Below, one piece after another: positions 29,291-38,215 of a stretch of 64,000 nt of DNA. This DNA is from Patescibacteria group bacterium (GTDB lineage Bacteria > Patescibacteriota > Minisyncoccia > Ryanbacterales > GWA2-47-10b). The stretch spans positions 14,464 through 78,463 of the forward strand of contig JBBTQY010000003.1 of the NCBI GenBank assembly GCA_038065475.1. Reading direction: 5' to 3'. How positions within the stretch are numbered: position 1 is the stretch's first letter; every line of letters starts with the position of its first letter. The notes under the pieces were generated by a model. That model ran no database searches. It was given only the letters and a program-made list of their open reading frames with translations, and was not told the DNA's origin. The position numbers and the translations under genes were made by a program.

Positions 29291-29323
29291 AAAAAATGGG
29301 CCGCGAAATGACTTCGCGGCCCC
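29291..29323 (-). terminator. Rho-independent terminator after the radical SAM gene
   Basis: GGGCCGCGAA-GTCAT-TTCGCGGCCC plus T-run on the minus strand. Confidence 0.8.
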
Positions 29324-29326
29324 GTG

Positions 29327-31300
29327 CTAGTAGTGCCCCTCTCGTTCGAGGTTCGCAGCCGTACCGTAGAGGTAGGCGCCCTTCTTGTTGCCATACCACA
29401 CGACGTGCTGCATCCAGTCTTCCCACGTCGACCATTGTTCCGTGGTGCGATCGATATGGTGCCACACCATACACTCTTTAAGATCCACCGCTTCGGATCC
29501 TTCGAGCATACGGCGCGCCGAATGGTAGACCCCCCACACATTGTAACGAAGTGAGAGATCGACATCTTTGGTCTGAAAAGGAAGTTTGACAAGACTCTGG
29601 TTGAGCAGAACCGCATCCGCAAGAAGTAGTGCGGGAATCGTAACGGAACGCTCCGAGAAGAAACGAGCGAGAAGAGAGCTAGCTTCTTGGTAAAACGCGG
29701 AGAGCTTACCCTCACGCGCGAGCTTGATGAAGACGTACTCGTCCGGCGGCCAGTAGACATTGAGCCACTCTGGTGCCGGACATTGCTCGATATCGCCTCC
29801 TTGGATACGCCGTGCCTTCTCTTGGAAAAAGGCGCGGATCTCCGAGAGAACCGGATATCCTGCGAGCGATCCTTCGGTGAACACCTCGATGAGCTCCCGA
29901 TACGAGACACCCGTCGTCTTTTGAAGAACCACGAGTGGTATCTGAAAAAGCTTGTCGAAGTGAAGAAGTGCGGTCATCCAGGAAAAGACACGCGCCCTGA
30001 CCCAGTCTTCGCGTGGCATCGCGTTAGTTGCGACGACCAAGTCTTCGTACTCACGAATCTGATCCGGCGTCGTATCGATGACGCCATGGTAGATGACAGC
30101 TTCGACTGATACCGACTGAATGCCGAATTGTGCCTGATAGTCAGGATTACCCATCTCAGCATTTGGCAAGATGGAACAGTTGCTGAACTGGATCCGATTG
30201 TGCTGACCCGATTCGATCGCCTCCGATACTCCGGCGACGAACGTTTCGTAGGTCTCTCCCGGCAGCGCGAGAATCAAATCGCTATACGTCTCGATGCCCG
30301 CGGCGGTAAACCGCTTTTGCAGGCGACGAAAATCTTCGAGCGAAATATTCCGACGCTTGATGGATTCGAGCGTGACCGGATCAAGAGATTGGAACGCGAG
30401 CGTCACCCCCTTGTTGAGGCCGGCGTCTGCGAGAATCTTCTGCGCCTGAAAGATGCGCTCTTCTGCGTTCTTCGCGTTCTGTACGGAGAGCGCGTGAGGA
30501 TACCCTAGGCGCGCCTTCACGCTCGCTGCATACCGTGCGATCTCAACATCCCGAGGGAAAATGCCGAAGTTCGCATCGCAGCAAAACATGAACTCGATAC
30601 GATGGGCAGCGACCCACTCGAGCTCGGCGTAGAGGCGACTTTCATCAAACCTAAACACCTTACTCGCAATCGCAGAACCCCAATCGCAAAATGTGCATGC
30701 GAACGGGCATCCGCGATTTGTCTCCCACAGAAACAACCACTGCTCTTCGGGATGTTCAGCCATAAGTTGGCTAAACACGCCGGAGGTGTAGGGAGACGGA
30801 ATGAGTGAAAGATCGGGAATGCGCGGCATGCGCTCGTTTTGCACGTACCGTCCTTCTTCGTCGATGAAGCTCGTCGAAGGAATGTCGTGCCAATCGCGCA
30901 CGGATGCGCGCTCGAGCACGCGTGTGAACACCTGCTCGCCTTCATTGTGACACGCGACATCCACCCATGGATGCGCGCGCAAGAACAACTCTGACCGATC
31001 GGGTACCTGTGGTCCGCCGAAGACGATGATCACGGCGGGGTTTTGCTCTTTGAGCTGTCGCGCGATCTCGAGCGAGATATTTTGATTCCAGACATAGAGA
31101 CTGAAACCTACGATATCCGCGCTACGAAGCGCTTCGAGGGCATCATCAAGCGCGATGCGCTTGTAGAGCGGTGGGAGAAATTCGTACTCATGAGATGCGG
31201 CGAGGTGCTGTTGGGCATACGCCTGCAATATCCCTACGGAGTACGGAAGATAGTTTTGTCCTGAGAAACTGTTGTTGATCTGTACGAGTCCGACTCTCAT
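29327..31300 (-). CDS. Cobalamin-binding radical SAM protein
   Basis: N-terminal B12-binding region (GFSLYVWN, FGGPQ, EGE) and ETNRGCPFACTFCDW (CxxxCxxC); strong SD AAGGAGG. Confidence 0.92.
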   Translation of the reverse strand: MRVGLVQINNSFSGQNYLPYSVGILQAYAQQHLAASHEYEFLPPLYKRIALDDALEALRSADIVGFSLYVWNQNISLEIARQLKEQNPAVIIVFGGPQVPDRSELFLRAHPWVDVACHNEGEQVFTRVLERASVRDWHDIPSTSFIDEEGRYVQNERMPRIPDLSLIPSPYTSGVFSQLMAEHPEEQWLFLWETNRGCPFACTFCDWGSAIASKVFRFDESRLYAELEWVAAHRIEFMFCCDANFGIFPRDVEIARYAASVKARLGYPHALSVQNAKNAEERIFQAQKILADAGLNKGVTLAFQSLDPVTLESIKRRNISLEDFRRLQKRFTAAGIETYSDLILALPGETYETFVAGVSEAIESGQHNRIQFSNCSILPNAEMGNPDYQAQFGIQSVSVEAVIYHGVIDTTPDQIREYEDLVVATNAMPREDWVRARVFSWMTALLHFDKLFQIPLVVLQKTTGVSYRELIEVFTEGSLAGYPVLSEIRAFFQEKARRIQGGDIEQCPAPEWLNVYWPPDEYVFIKLAREGKLSAFYQEASSLLARFFSERSVTIPALLLADAVLLNQSLVKLPFQTKDVDLSLRYNVWGVYHSARRMLEGSEAVDLKECMVWHHIDRTTEQWSTWEDWMQHVVWYGNKKGAYLYGTAANLEREGHY

Positions 31301-31390
31301 CAGTACTTTCCTCCTTTCATTTTTTTAAGGTTCGTACTGGTGTTCCTGTGTCAATAAACCAATAAAATAGTATTTTGTCAATATTCCTCA

Positions 31391-31424
31391 AAAAGAAAAG
31401 CAGGGGCCCCGTGAGGAGTCCCTG
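31391..31424 (-). terminator. Rho-independent terminator
   Basis: Imperfect GC hairpin CAGGGACTCC-TCAC-GGGGCCCCTG plus CTTTTCTTTT. Confidence 0.65.
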
Positions 31425-31448
31425 ATGTTTGATGGCGTGCCTTTTTTT

Positions 31449-32393
31449 TCATAAAGGCCGCCACACGATGTAGGAGTACGCGTCGTGATAGAGATTGCCG
31501 AAATGCACCCGTTGCACGCGCTCAAGCTCGATACGGCCTTGGCCTTCGAGCTCGCGAAGCCGCGTCAAGTATCCCGACAAATAGTTGCGTTTGCGAGAAA
31601 ACTGCAGCGCGAGCGCATCAGTCACCTGCGTCGGATCGTAAAGCTCCTCGATCCCGTCAACATGCACGAAGCACACGCATGGGTGTTCGAGTACCGACTG
31701 GATGAAGGGTTCGAATGCTCCACCGACTTGCTCGAGTGCATGAAATGCCAAGAGCGCATCGCTCGGCGCATGATCCATACGCACTGATGGAGCGAAAAGA
31801 TCGAAGACATCGCCCCGCACATTCCACCCACATCCTGTACGCATGACCTCGATTATGTCACGCGACGCTTCCGCCCAATCGTACCCGAAGAGTTTCTTTT
31901 CGGGATACATCACGGCGAGCGTCGCGAGATTCATTCCAGAACCGCATCCGAACTCGTGTATTGCCGAGGCGTTGGCGAAATACTTTTCGAACAGCCATCG
32001 GCAAAACACCTGACGCACGTTGAGCTCGAAGAGATTGCTCGCCGGCTCAATGTACTCGCCGAATAGCCGTACAGGCGCCCCAGGCCGATCATAGTACTTC
32101 GGCACGAGAGCACGAATGTTGTAGCCACTCGCCTTGAAGTCGACCAGATTCTCTGACCATCCTTCTTGCCAGCGAGGCTGTCTTCCTCGCCCCGCGGGCG
32201 CGAGACTTGGTGTATCTTCGCCGAGCCTTTCCTGGATCATCGCTATGATTTCAGATTGTCGCGATGCAGAAAGATGAGAGAATCGAAAGTCGGTCAAAAA
32301 AATCATCGCCTGCACTGCGGGCGAGAAATCGTCAACCGTCACCCCGAATAACCGGGCGAAATCACCTATCCTGAGCGTATCCATCTTGCCCAT
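31449..32393 (-). CDS. SAM-dependent methyltransferase-like protein
   Basis: EFGCGSG.N, GYDW, ALEQ; translationally coupled (TGATG) to the upstream gene. Confidence 0.75.
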   Translation of the reverse strand: MGKMDTLRIGDFARLFGVTVDDFSPAVQAMIFLTDFRFSHLSASRQSEIIAMIQERLGEDTPSLAPAGRGRQPRWQEGWSENLVDFKASGYNIRALVPKYYDRPGAPVRLFGEYIEPASNLFELNVRQVFCRWLFEKYFANASAIHEFGCGSGMNLATLAVMYPEKKLFGYDWAEASRDIIEVMRTGCGWNVRGDVFDLFAPSVRMDHAPSDALLAFHALEQVGGAFEPFIQSVLEHPCVCFVHVDGIEELYDPTQVTDALALQFSRKRNYLSGYLTRLRELEGQGRIELERVQRVHFGNLYHDAYSYIVWRPL

Positions 32394-33343
32394 CAGTGAG
32401 CACCTTGCCTTTCTCGATACCACGCGATTGTTTCTCGGAGACCGTCTCGCAAAGAAACCGCGGGACGAAATCCGATCGACTCTGCGCGTGTCGTATCCAT
32501 CACTCGTATCTGATCGCCTTCCGACTGTTCACCATCCCACACAATCGCGGGATCTTCGCCAGCCTCTTGGCAGATGATCGCGAGTAGTTCATAAATTGAA
32601 ACGCCCGTACCGCTACCGAGATTGACCGGATCGACAATACCTCGCTCGGCGACAAGCATCATCCCACGCGCAACATCGCGCGCGTGTACGAAGTCTCGTA
32701 TCTCGGTACCGTCGCCCCTCACCCGAACTGGGAATTCGCGGCTGACAACTTTGCGTACAAATGAAGGAACGACCATCGCCGCGTCTGACTCGAAGTCGTC
32801 GTGCGGGCCGTAGGTATTGGCTGGACGTACGATTGAAATAGCGTCCCAACCGTACTCAATGCGGTATGCCTCCGCCTGAAGCTCCCCCGCGCGCTTTGCG
32901 CACGCAGGAAAACGATCATTGCGTGGAAGTGGCGTGCGCCAGACATCGTCTTCACAGAAGATTGGAGCTGTATCGTACACGCCCAGAGAACTCGTGAAGA
33001 GAAATCCTTCGACGTCGCTCCGGCGCGCCGCTTCCATGAGATTCGTGTTGAACATGAGCTGCGGCACGAGCAGGTGCGCGGGCCGCGCCTTCACGGCTGC
33101 GGGTGAACCTTTCACACACAGCAGATTGAAAACGTACTCCATGCTGCTGCATGCCTGCATGCAGTTACCGAAATCCGTCAGATCGAGCCTTCGAAACTCG
33201 GCATCGGGATGTGCCAACGTCGCATCACCAAGTGACACGATGCGGACATACGCCCCCGCACGAATCAGAAGCTCGACGAGCGGGATACCGATAAGGCCGG
33301 TGCCGCCTGCGACAAGCACGTGCTTGCCTTTGAAATCAAACAT
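32393..33343 (-). CDS. NAD(P)-dependent SDR sugar epimerase/reductase (Fcl-like)
   Basis: AGGTGLIG, VRPANTYGP.D.F, GDG...RDF, NLGSG; the catalytic YxxxK reads PACAK. Confidence 0.85.
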   Translation of the reverse strand: MFDFKGKHVLVAGGTGLIGIPLVELLIRAGAYVRIVSLGDATLAHPDAEFRRLDLTDFGNCMQACSSMEYVFNLLCVKGSPAAVKARPAHLLVPQLMFNTNLMEAARRSDVEGFLFTSSLGVYDTAPIFCEDDVWRTPLPRNDRFPACAKRAGELQAEAYRIEYGWDAISIVRPANTYGPHDDFESDAAMVVPSFVRKVVSREFPVRVRGDGTEIRDFVHARDVARGMMLVAERGIVDPVNLGSGTGVSIYELLAIICQEAGEDPAIVWDGEQSEGDQIRVMDTTRAESIGFRPAVSLRDGLRETIAWYRERQGAH

Positions 33344-34312
33344 TCACAACTCCTCTGGGCAAACCTGCTTGTACCAAGCAAGCGTTTGCTCGATACCTTG
33401 ATCGAGAGTGACGCGCGGACTCCACCCGTAGATTTCCCGCGCTTTAGTGATGTCGAAACATACCTTGGTCGGTATGGTGGGTTTTGAACGATCGTACGTC
33501 ACACCAAGAGTCTTCTCTGAAGCCTTGATGATACGCATGACCAGTTCCCCGATCGACACCGCGGTTCCTGCGGCGACATTAACAACGTCGTGCGGAGGAA
33601 GTGACCCTTGCCGAACATGATCGATGACGCTCGAAATGAACGCACACAGATCGCTCACGTAGAGCAGGTCTCGTTCTGGAGATCCGTCTCCCCACACGGA
33701 AAGATCTTCTCCATCCCGTGCGGCCATGATCTTGGCGACTGTCGCGCCAAAAACATGGGAATGTTCGAGATCGAACTTGTCGTGCGGTCCGTACACGTTT
33801 GATGGACGAACTACCGTGTAGCGTGTCCGACCGAGACGTGAATAGAACTCGGCGAGCTTTTCCGCGCAGATCTTCATCCAGCCAACACCGAAGTAGTTGG
33901 GGAAAAAACCATCACGCAGATCTACATCGCCTTCTGCAAACACATGAGCGGCAGTTCGCTGCGGGTATACGACACCCGAGCTCAGAAAGATCACGTGTCC
34001 GACACCCGCGTTGTGCGCCGCTTCAAACAGCAACGTATTGATGATGATGTTGCCTGCGACGTGCATTTCAGGATGATTGATGATGTCGCTCGAACCAGAA
34101 CTTTTTGCCGCGGCATGCACAATGACGTCCGTACCGCGAACAGCGGTGGCAACCTGCTGCCTATCAGTCAGATCAACCCGACGCGTGCCCGAGAGCACAC
34201 GACTGTTTGTCAGACCGACAACATCGATGTCATCACGCCCCTGCAATGCCTCGTGTATGTTGCGCCCGATGAAGCCGGACGCACCCGTAACAAGCACCCG
34301 TAACTTCTCCAT
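33344..34312 (-). CDS. NAD(P)-dependent SDR sugar epimerase/reductase (Fcl-like)
   Basis: TGASGFIG, RPSNVYGPHDKF...SHVF, VWGDG...RD.LY. Confidence 0.88.
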   Translation of the reverse strand: MEKLRVLVTGASGFIGRNIHEALQGRDDIDVVGLTNSRVLSGTRRVDLTDRQQVATAVRGTDVIVHAAAKSSGSSDIINHPEMHVAGNIIINTLLFEAAHNAGVGHVIFLSSGVVYPQRTAAHVFAEGDVDLRDGFFPNYFGVGWMKICAEKLAEFYSRLGRTRYTVVRPSNVYGPHDKFDLEHSHVFGATVAKIMAARDGEDLSVWGDGSPERDLLYVSDLCAFISSVIDHVRQGSLPPHDVVNVAAGTAVSIGELVMRIIKASEKTLGVTYDRSKPTIPTKVCFDITKAREIYGWSPRVTLDQGIEQTLAWYKQVCPEEL

Positions 34313-34334
34313 AAAGCGCCTCCTTTGTCAACGA

Positions 34335-34373
34335 GCTCATCTTGCTTATAGCAAGAAATGAGCCTCCAAACAA
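34335..34373 (-). promoter_or_regulatory. Promoter with a palindrome over the -10 box (candidate operator)
   Basis: TTGTTT-17-TATAAG with extended -10; GCTCAT-CTTGCT-TAT-AGCAAG-AA-ATGAGC dyad. Confidence 0.55.
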
Positions 34374-34376
34374 GCA

Positions 34377-35438
34377 CTAAAAGGGGCCTTTGAATTTACG
34401 TTCGTAGCTATAAAAATTTTCTTTCGTAAGATCGGTGGGTGTCAGTTTAAGCTGACGCTCTACCTCTCTAATGATAGTCTCAGCTCCCGGATAGAAAACC
34501 ATCTCGAGTGGGCGCGTGCACGGGCATGGAGTGTCGGCAAAATGAATGCGTCCAACTGGCGCGCGCAATACGCCAAAACATTTTTCCGAGACACGCGCAG
34601 CTATCTCAGCACCAAACCCACAAAATCCCCAATCATAGTCAGCGACAATGCAACGTTTTGTTTTTTGTACGGAACGTACGATTGTTTTTTCATCAAGTGG
34701 CACGAGTGTGCGCGGATCGACAATCTCTATCTCAACGCCACGACGCGCAAGGACTTCTGCCGCTCGGAGCGCTTCGACGTTCATCCACGATGTCGCAACA
34801 ACGGTGATATCTTTGCCACGACGCAGCACATGCGCCTTACCAAACGGCATTGGCTCCTGGCGCGCAGGAACTTTATCAATCGCGTCATAAAGCCACCGAT
34901 GTTCAATAATCAATACTGGATTATCATCACGGATTGCCGTGATGAGTAAACCCTTTGCATCCTCGGGTGTCGTTGGCATCACCACCTTCAACCCTGGAAT
35001 ATGCGCGAAGACAGATTGCATGCTTTTATTGTGCTGGTATGACTGGCCCCATCCCCTACCGATAACCGCGCGAATCACCATCGGCACTTTCATCTGTCCG
35101 CCTGATCCGTAGTGCCAGCTTGAAACCATATTTGAGAGTTGATTCATCGCGAGCAATAAAAAATCGATGCGCATATGTACGTTGATGGGTCGCAACCCCG
35201 CGAGGGCAGATCCGAGACCAAACCCGACGAGCGCCTCCTCACACAGAGGCGTACTAAATGATCGCTTTGCGCCAAACTTTTCAGCCAAACCTGCGGTCGT
35301 ACCAAAAATACCTTTGTGATCGGCAATATCAATACCATAGACAAAAACATTTTTATCTCTCTTCATCTCCTGTACCGTCGCCTCGCAAATCGCGTCCCGA
35401 TAACTCAGCATTTTTGACTGAATATTTTTTTTATCCAT
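34377..35438 (-). CDS. ThDP-dependent E1-beta-like subunit (acetoin/pyruvate dehydrogenase family)
   Basis: TPLCE...G...G.A..G.RP, HIPGLKVV.P....DA.GLL, EHR.LY, EIVDPRTL.PLD. Confidence 0.9.
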   Translation of the reverse strand: MDKKNIQSKMLSYRDAICEATVQEMKRDKNVFVYGIDIADHKGIFGTTAGLAEKFGAKRSFSTPLCEEALVGFGLGSALAGLRPINVHMRIDFLLLAMNQLSNMVSSWHYGSGGQMKVPMVIRAVIGRGWGQSYQHNKSMQSVFAHIPGLKVVMPTTPEDAKGLLITAIRDDNPVLIIEHRWLYDAIDKVPARQEPMPFGKAHVLRRGKDITVVATSWMNVEALRAAEVLARRGVEIEIVDPRTLVPLDEKTIVRSVQKTKRCIVADYDWGFCGFGAEIAARVSEKCFGVLRAPVGRIHFADTPCPCTRPLEMVFYPGAETIIREVERQLKLTPTDLTKENFYSYERKFKGPF

Positions 35439-36393
35439 AGAAAACATCTTGATATAATTCAGCATTGGCGGGAAACGGGGCGCGCTGTGCTTTACGGACA
35501 GCGCCAGCAATAGCCTGCTCAATGTCTTTCTCGATACCTAGGATTTTTGATTCTGAAAGGCCTTGTCGAATCAAACGTGCGCGCTGTAATTTTACCGGAT
35601 CGTGTTTTTCCCATACATCAAATTCCTTGCGCCCCCGATACCCAACATCAAAATCAGTATTGATCCCCACATGCTCCAAGTATCGATAATACTGCGTACT
35701 TAAAAAAACGGGCCTTTTATTTTTCTGTAATAATCGCATCGCTTTTTGTGTCGCTGCATATATCTTTTCTACATCCGTACTTTTTTCCTCAATCACCGTG
35801 CATTCAAATTTGGAAACAATAGCATCGAGTGAGCGGTACCCATGACGTCGTTCTTTTGGATTGTGTACCGCCAAACCATTGTCTTCGTAGACGAAAAGTG
35901 CCGGGATGCCGAGCGCGGCGCTCATATTTAAAGACTCCCAAAAAACACCTTCATCGACAGCACCGTCACCGAAAAAAGTCGCGGCGATAGTTTTTTTCTT
36001 CTTATATATATTGGCAAACGCCGCACCTACCGCAAGTGGTAGAGTACTCGCGACAATAGCGGAAGCTCCGAAAAAACCTGCGGATGGCGCAGAAAGATGC
36101 ATAGAACCCGCCTTTCCTTTCGCATTACCGGTACGCTTTCCGTACAGTTCCGCAAAAAAAGTATCTGCCTCACCGGTGCGCGCGAGATATACCGCGTGAC
36201 TTCTATATGAAGAAAATACTTGAGCATCCTTCCCAAGCGCATGACACACCCCGACCGAAATCGCCTCACCCCCCATAGACATATGCATGGGCGTCTTCAT
36301 GTCGTCCTCAAGATAGTGCGCAATAATAGCCTGTTCAGAAGCCCTGACAAGATAGAGTGCTTTATAGAGTTTAATACTAAGTTCTGATTTCAT
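35431..36393 (-). CDS. ThDP-dependent E1-alpha-like subunit
   Basis: H.S.G.EA, YRSH, GSMH, FFGDGA.DEG.FWES.N (ThDP motif), YR..EH. Confidence 0.9.
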   Translation of the reverse strand: MKSELSIKLYKALYLVRASEQAIIAHYLEDDMKTPMHMSMGGEAISVGVCHALGKDAQVFSSYRSHAVYLARTGEADTFFAELYGKRTGNAKGKAGSMHLSAPSAGFFGASAIVASTLPLAVGAAFANIYKKKKTIAATFFGDGAVDEGVFWESLNMSAALGIPALFVYEDNGLAVHNPKERRHGYRSLDAIVSKFECTVIEEKSTDVEKIYAATQKAMRLLQKNKRPVFLSTQYYRYLEHVGINTDFDVGYRGRKEFDVWEKHDPVKLQRARLIRQGLSESKILGIEKDIEQAIAGAVRKAQRAPFPANAELYQDVFYG

Positions 36394-36511
36394 AGGTAAA
36401 CGATATCTGTAATCATAGACACTCTGAAGAAAACGTCTACCCCTGAAGCTTGCCAATGCCTTCTTTTCGGTATATCGTGCGACAAACGCATCTTAACATA
36501 CGAGGTCACTC

Positions 36512-37090
36512 ATGCGCATAAAACCGCTCGTTAAAGTTGGAAGGCCAGTCGAACTTACCAAACGCTTCTTCGGAAAAGCGATGGTGAGACAATCCTATCG
36601 ACGCCGCAACAATGGCACGATAGAAGACTACTACTTTTTCGGTCACAGCTCTCAGTGGGCATCCATCGTATTCCCACTCACGCCTACAGACGAAGTGGTC
36701 GCCATCCGGCAGTTCAGGCCTGCGGTCGGCAAAGCGATTCTCGAATTGCCTGGGGGAACCCTGGAGGACGAGGCGACGCCGGAGATAGTGGCGCGCCAAG
36801 AACTCACCGAGGAAACGGGCTACGTAGCGCGAGAACTTCTAGCTCTCACACCGCAACCGATCTTCATTGAGCCCGCAAACACGGCGCTCTCCTACCACCT
36901 CTATCTCGCGACTGGATGTCTACCGACTGGTGAACAAAGCCTTTCGCCTACCGAAGATATAGAGGTCGTGCTCATGCCGCTTCGCACATGGATACAGAAG
37001 ATTCGACGTGGCCATATCCAAGACGGCCGAAGTATCGTGGCGACCTTTCTCGCACTACCCCACCTCAAGGCGTGGGCTGGGCTCGTATGA
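36512..37090 (+). CDS. ADP-ribose/sugar-nucleotide pyrophosphatase-type Nudix hydrolase
   Basis: RQFRP......LELPGG........ARQELTEETGY; hairpin GGGCTCGTAT-GA-ATACGAGCCC+T at 37080-37104 overlaps the stop. Confidence 0.85.
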   Translation: MRIKPLVKVGRPVELTKRFFGKAMVRQSYRRRNNGTIEDYYFFGHSSQWASIVFPLTPTDEVVAIRQFRPAVGKAILELPGGTLEDEATPEIVARQELTEETGYVARELLALTPQPIFIEPANTALSYHLYLATGCLPTGEQSLSPTEDIEVVLMPLRTWIQKIRRGHIQDGRSIVATFLALPHLKAWAGLV

Positions 37091-37102
37091 ATACGAGCCC
37101 TT

Positions 37103-37597
37103 TTATATAGTTTTTTTAATTTTTTCTATAATGCTCGTGGTTGAAATATTTTCAAATTCGGGTGGACACCAACGATCAAGCATGACAAACTGTATCTTAT
37201 GTTTTTTAGCAATCTCTTCCCGATAGGATAGATCGAAGGCATCCTTATTGACGACATACACGTCCGGATGGAGTCCCGCGAACAACGGCTCAAGATAAGC
37301 GTTCAAATTATCTGCAGGCACCGGACCATCGAATAAGACATAATCAACGGGCTTGAGCGAATCAACCATCTTGATACGCACCTCTTCATTCAGTATCGGG
37401 CGGCCGCTCTTATATTTTTTAATATTTTCATCACATCCAACCACGACGACTAAAATATCGCCGTACTTTTTGCACTCATCAAAAAAAAGCGCGTGACCTG
37501 CATGAGTCAAATCAAACACGCCCGAACAAAAAATAATCTTTTTGTTCTTGTGTGTCTCGCGAATATTTGGTAAGTCAGTATATGTGATGCGCGCCAT
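37103..37597 (-). CDS. Cytidylyl/adenylyltransferase (TagD/RfaE domain II-like)
   Basis: GVFDLTHAGH (HxGH), GDILVV.V..D, RPI.....R, ISTT.II. Confidence 0.88.
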   Translation of the reverse strand: MARITYTDLPNIRETHKNKKIIFCSGVFDLTHAGHALFFDECKKYGDILVVVVGCDENIKKYKSGRPILNEEVRIKMVDSLKPVDYVLFDGPVPADNLNAYLEPLFAGLHPDVYVVNKDAFDLSYREEIAKKHKIQFVMLDRWCPPEFENISTTSIIEKIKKTI

Positions 37598-37642
37598 CGT
37601 GACTGTTATGGTACTGAAAAATATTGCTAACGACAACTTGAT

Positions 37643-37673
37643 AAAAAAATGGGGGGGTGACGCCACCCCCCCT
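37643..37673 (-). terminator. Rho-independent terminator
   Basis: GGGGGGGTG-GCGT-CACCCCCCC plus T-run. Confidence 0.75.
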
Positions 37674-37684
37674 TCCTGCGTACC

Positions 37685-38215
37685 TCATGATTTAACGAAA
37701 GATGCGTCTCCAGTCTGATCTCTCTGCGAGAGAATCGGGTTGGCGATCGGCCACCAGATGCCGAAAGCGGGATCGTTCCATAGAATTGTGAATTGCGCCC
37801 CCGCGCCCTGATAGTAGGTCGACTGCTTGTAGTGGAAGATCGCCTCGCCGCTCATGACCAAGTGTCCATTGCCGAACTTCGGTGGGACGAGCACCTGCAG
37901 TCCATTCGTGTCAGACAGTGTGAACGACTCCCACTGCAGAAACTGCGCGGAATCCGGATCGTTGTTGACCACGACGAGGTAGAACGAACCGTACAGGCAC
38001 GAGATCAACTTCCATGTCTTGTCATCACCGTGAATGCCGCGAAGCACTCCGTGAGACGACCTCGAGATGTCATCTTGCACGAACTCGACGTGCGCGCCGA
38101 GTTGATCGTAGATCTTCCGGTGATAAATCTCGCGGTACCGACCGCGAAAATCTTCGAACGCTTCAGTTTCGAAGCACATCACGCCATCGAGTCTACATGC
38201 GCGTAGCTTGATCAT
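37685..38215 (-). CDS. NDP-4-keto-sugar 3(,5)-epimerase (RmlC fold; resembles GDP-heptose epimerases)
   Basis: DFRG.Y.E, VLRGIHGDDKTWKLISCLYG, VPP.FGNGH, YKQS, LS.RD. Confidence 0.88.
   Translation of the reverse strand: MIKLRACRLDGVMCFETEAFEDFRGRYREIYHRKIYDQLGAHVEFVQDDISRSSHGVLRGIHGDDKTWKLISCLYGSFYLVVVNNDPDSAQFLQWESFTLSDTNGLQVLVPPKFGNGHLVMSGEAIFHYKQSTYYQGAGAQFTILWNDPAFGIWWPIANPILSQRDQTGDASFVKS

Noticed and set aside
29254-29910. Apparent ~219-aa N-terminal extension of the heptose kinase (555-aa ORF)
   Set aside because: It is an alternate frame overlapping the radical SAM gene and its terminator; GHMP kinase homology starts at MVITR (29253).
34377-36393. Housekeeping pyruvate dehydrogenase (pdhA/pdhB)
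   Set aside because: No E2 or E3 nearby and the genes are embedded in a sugar-nucleotide cluster, so the symbols were not assigned.
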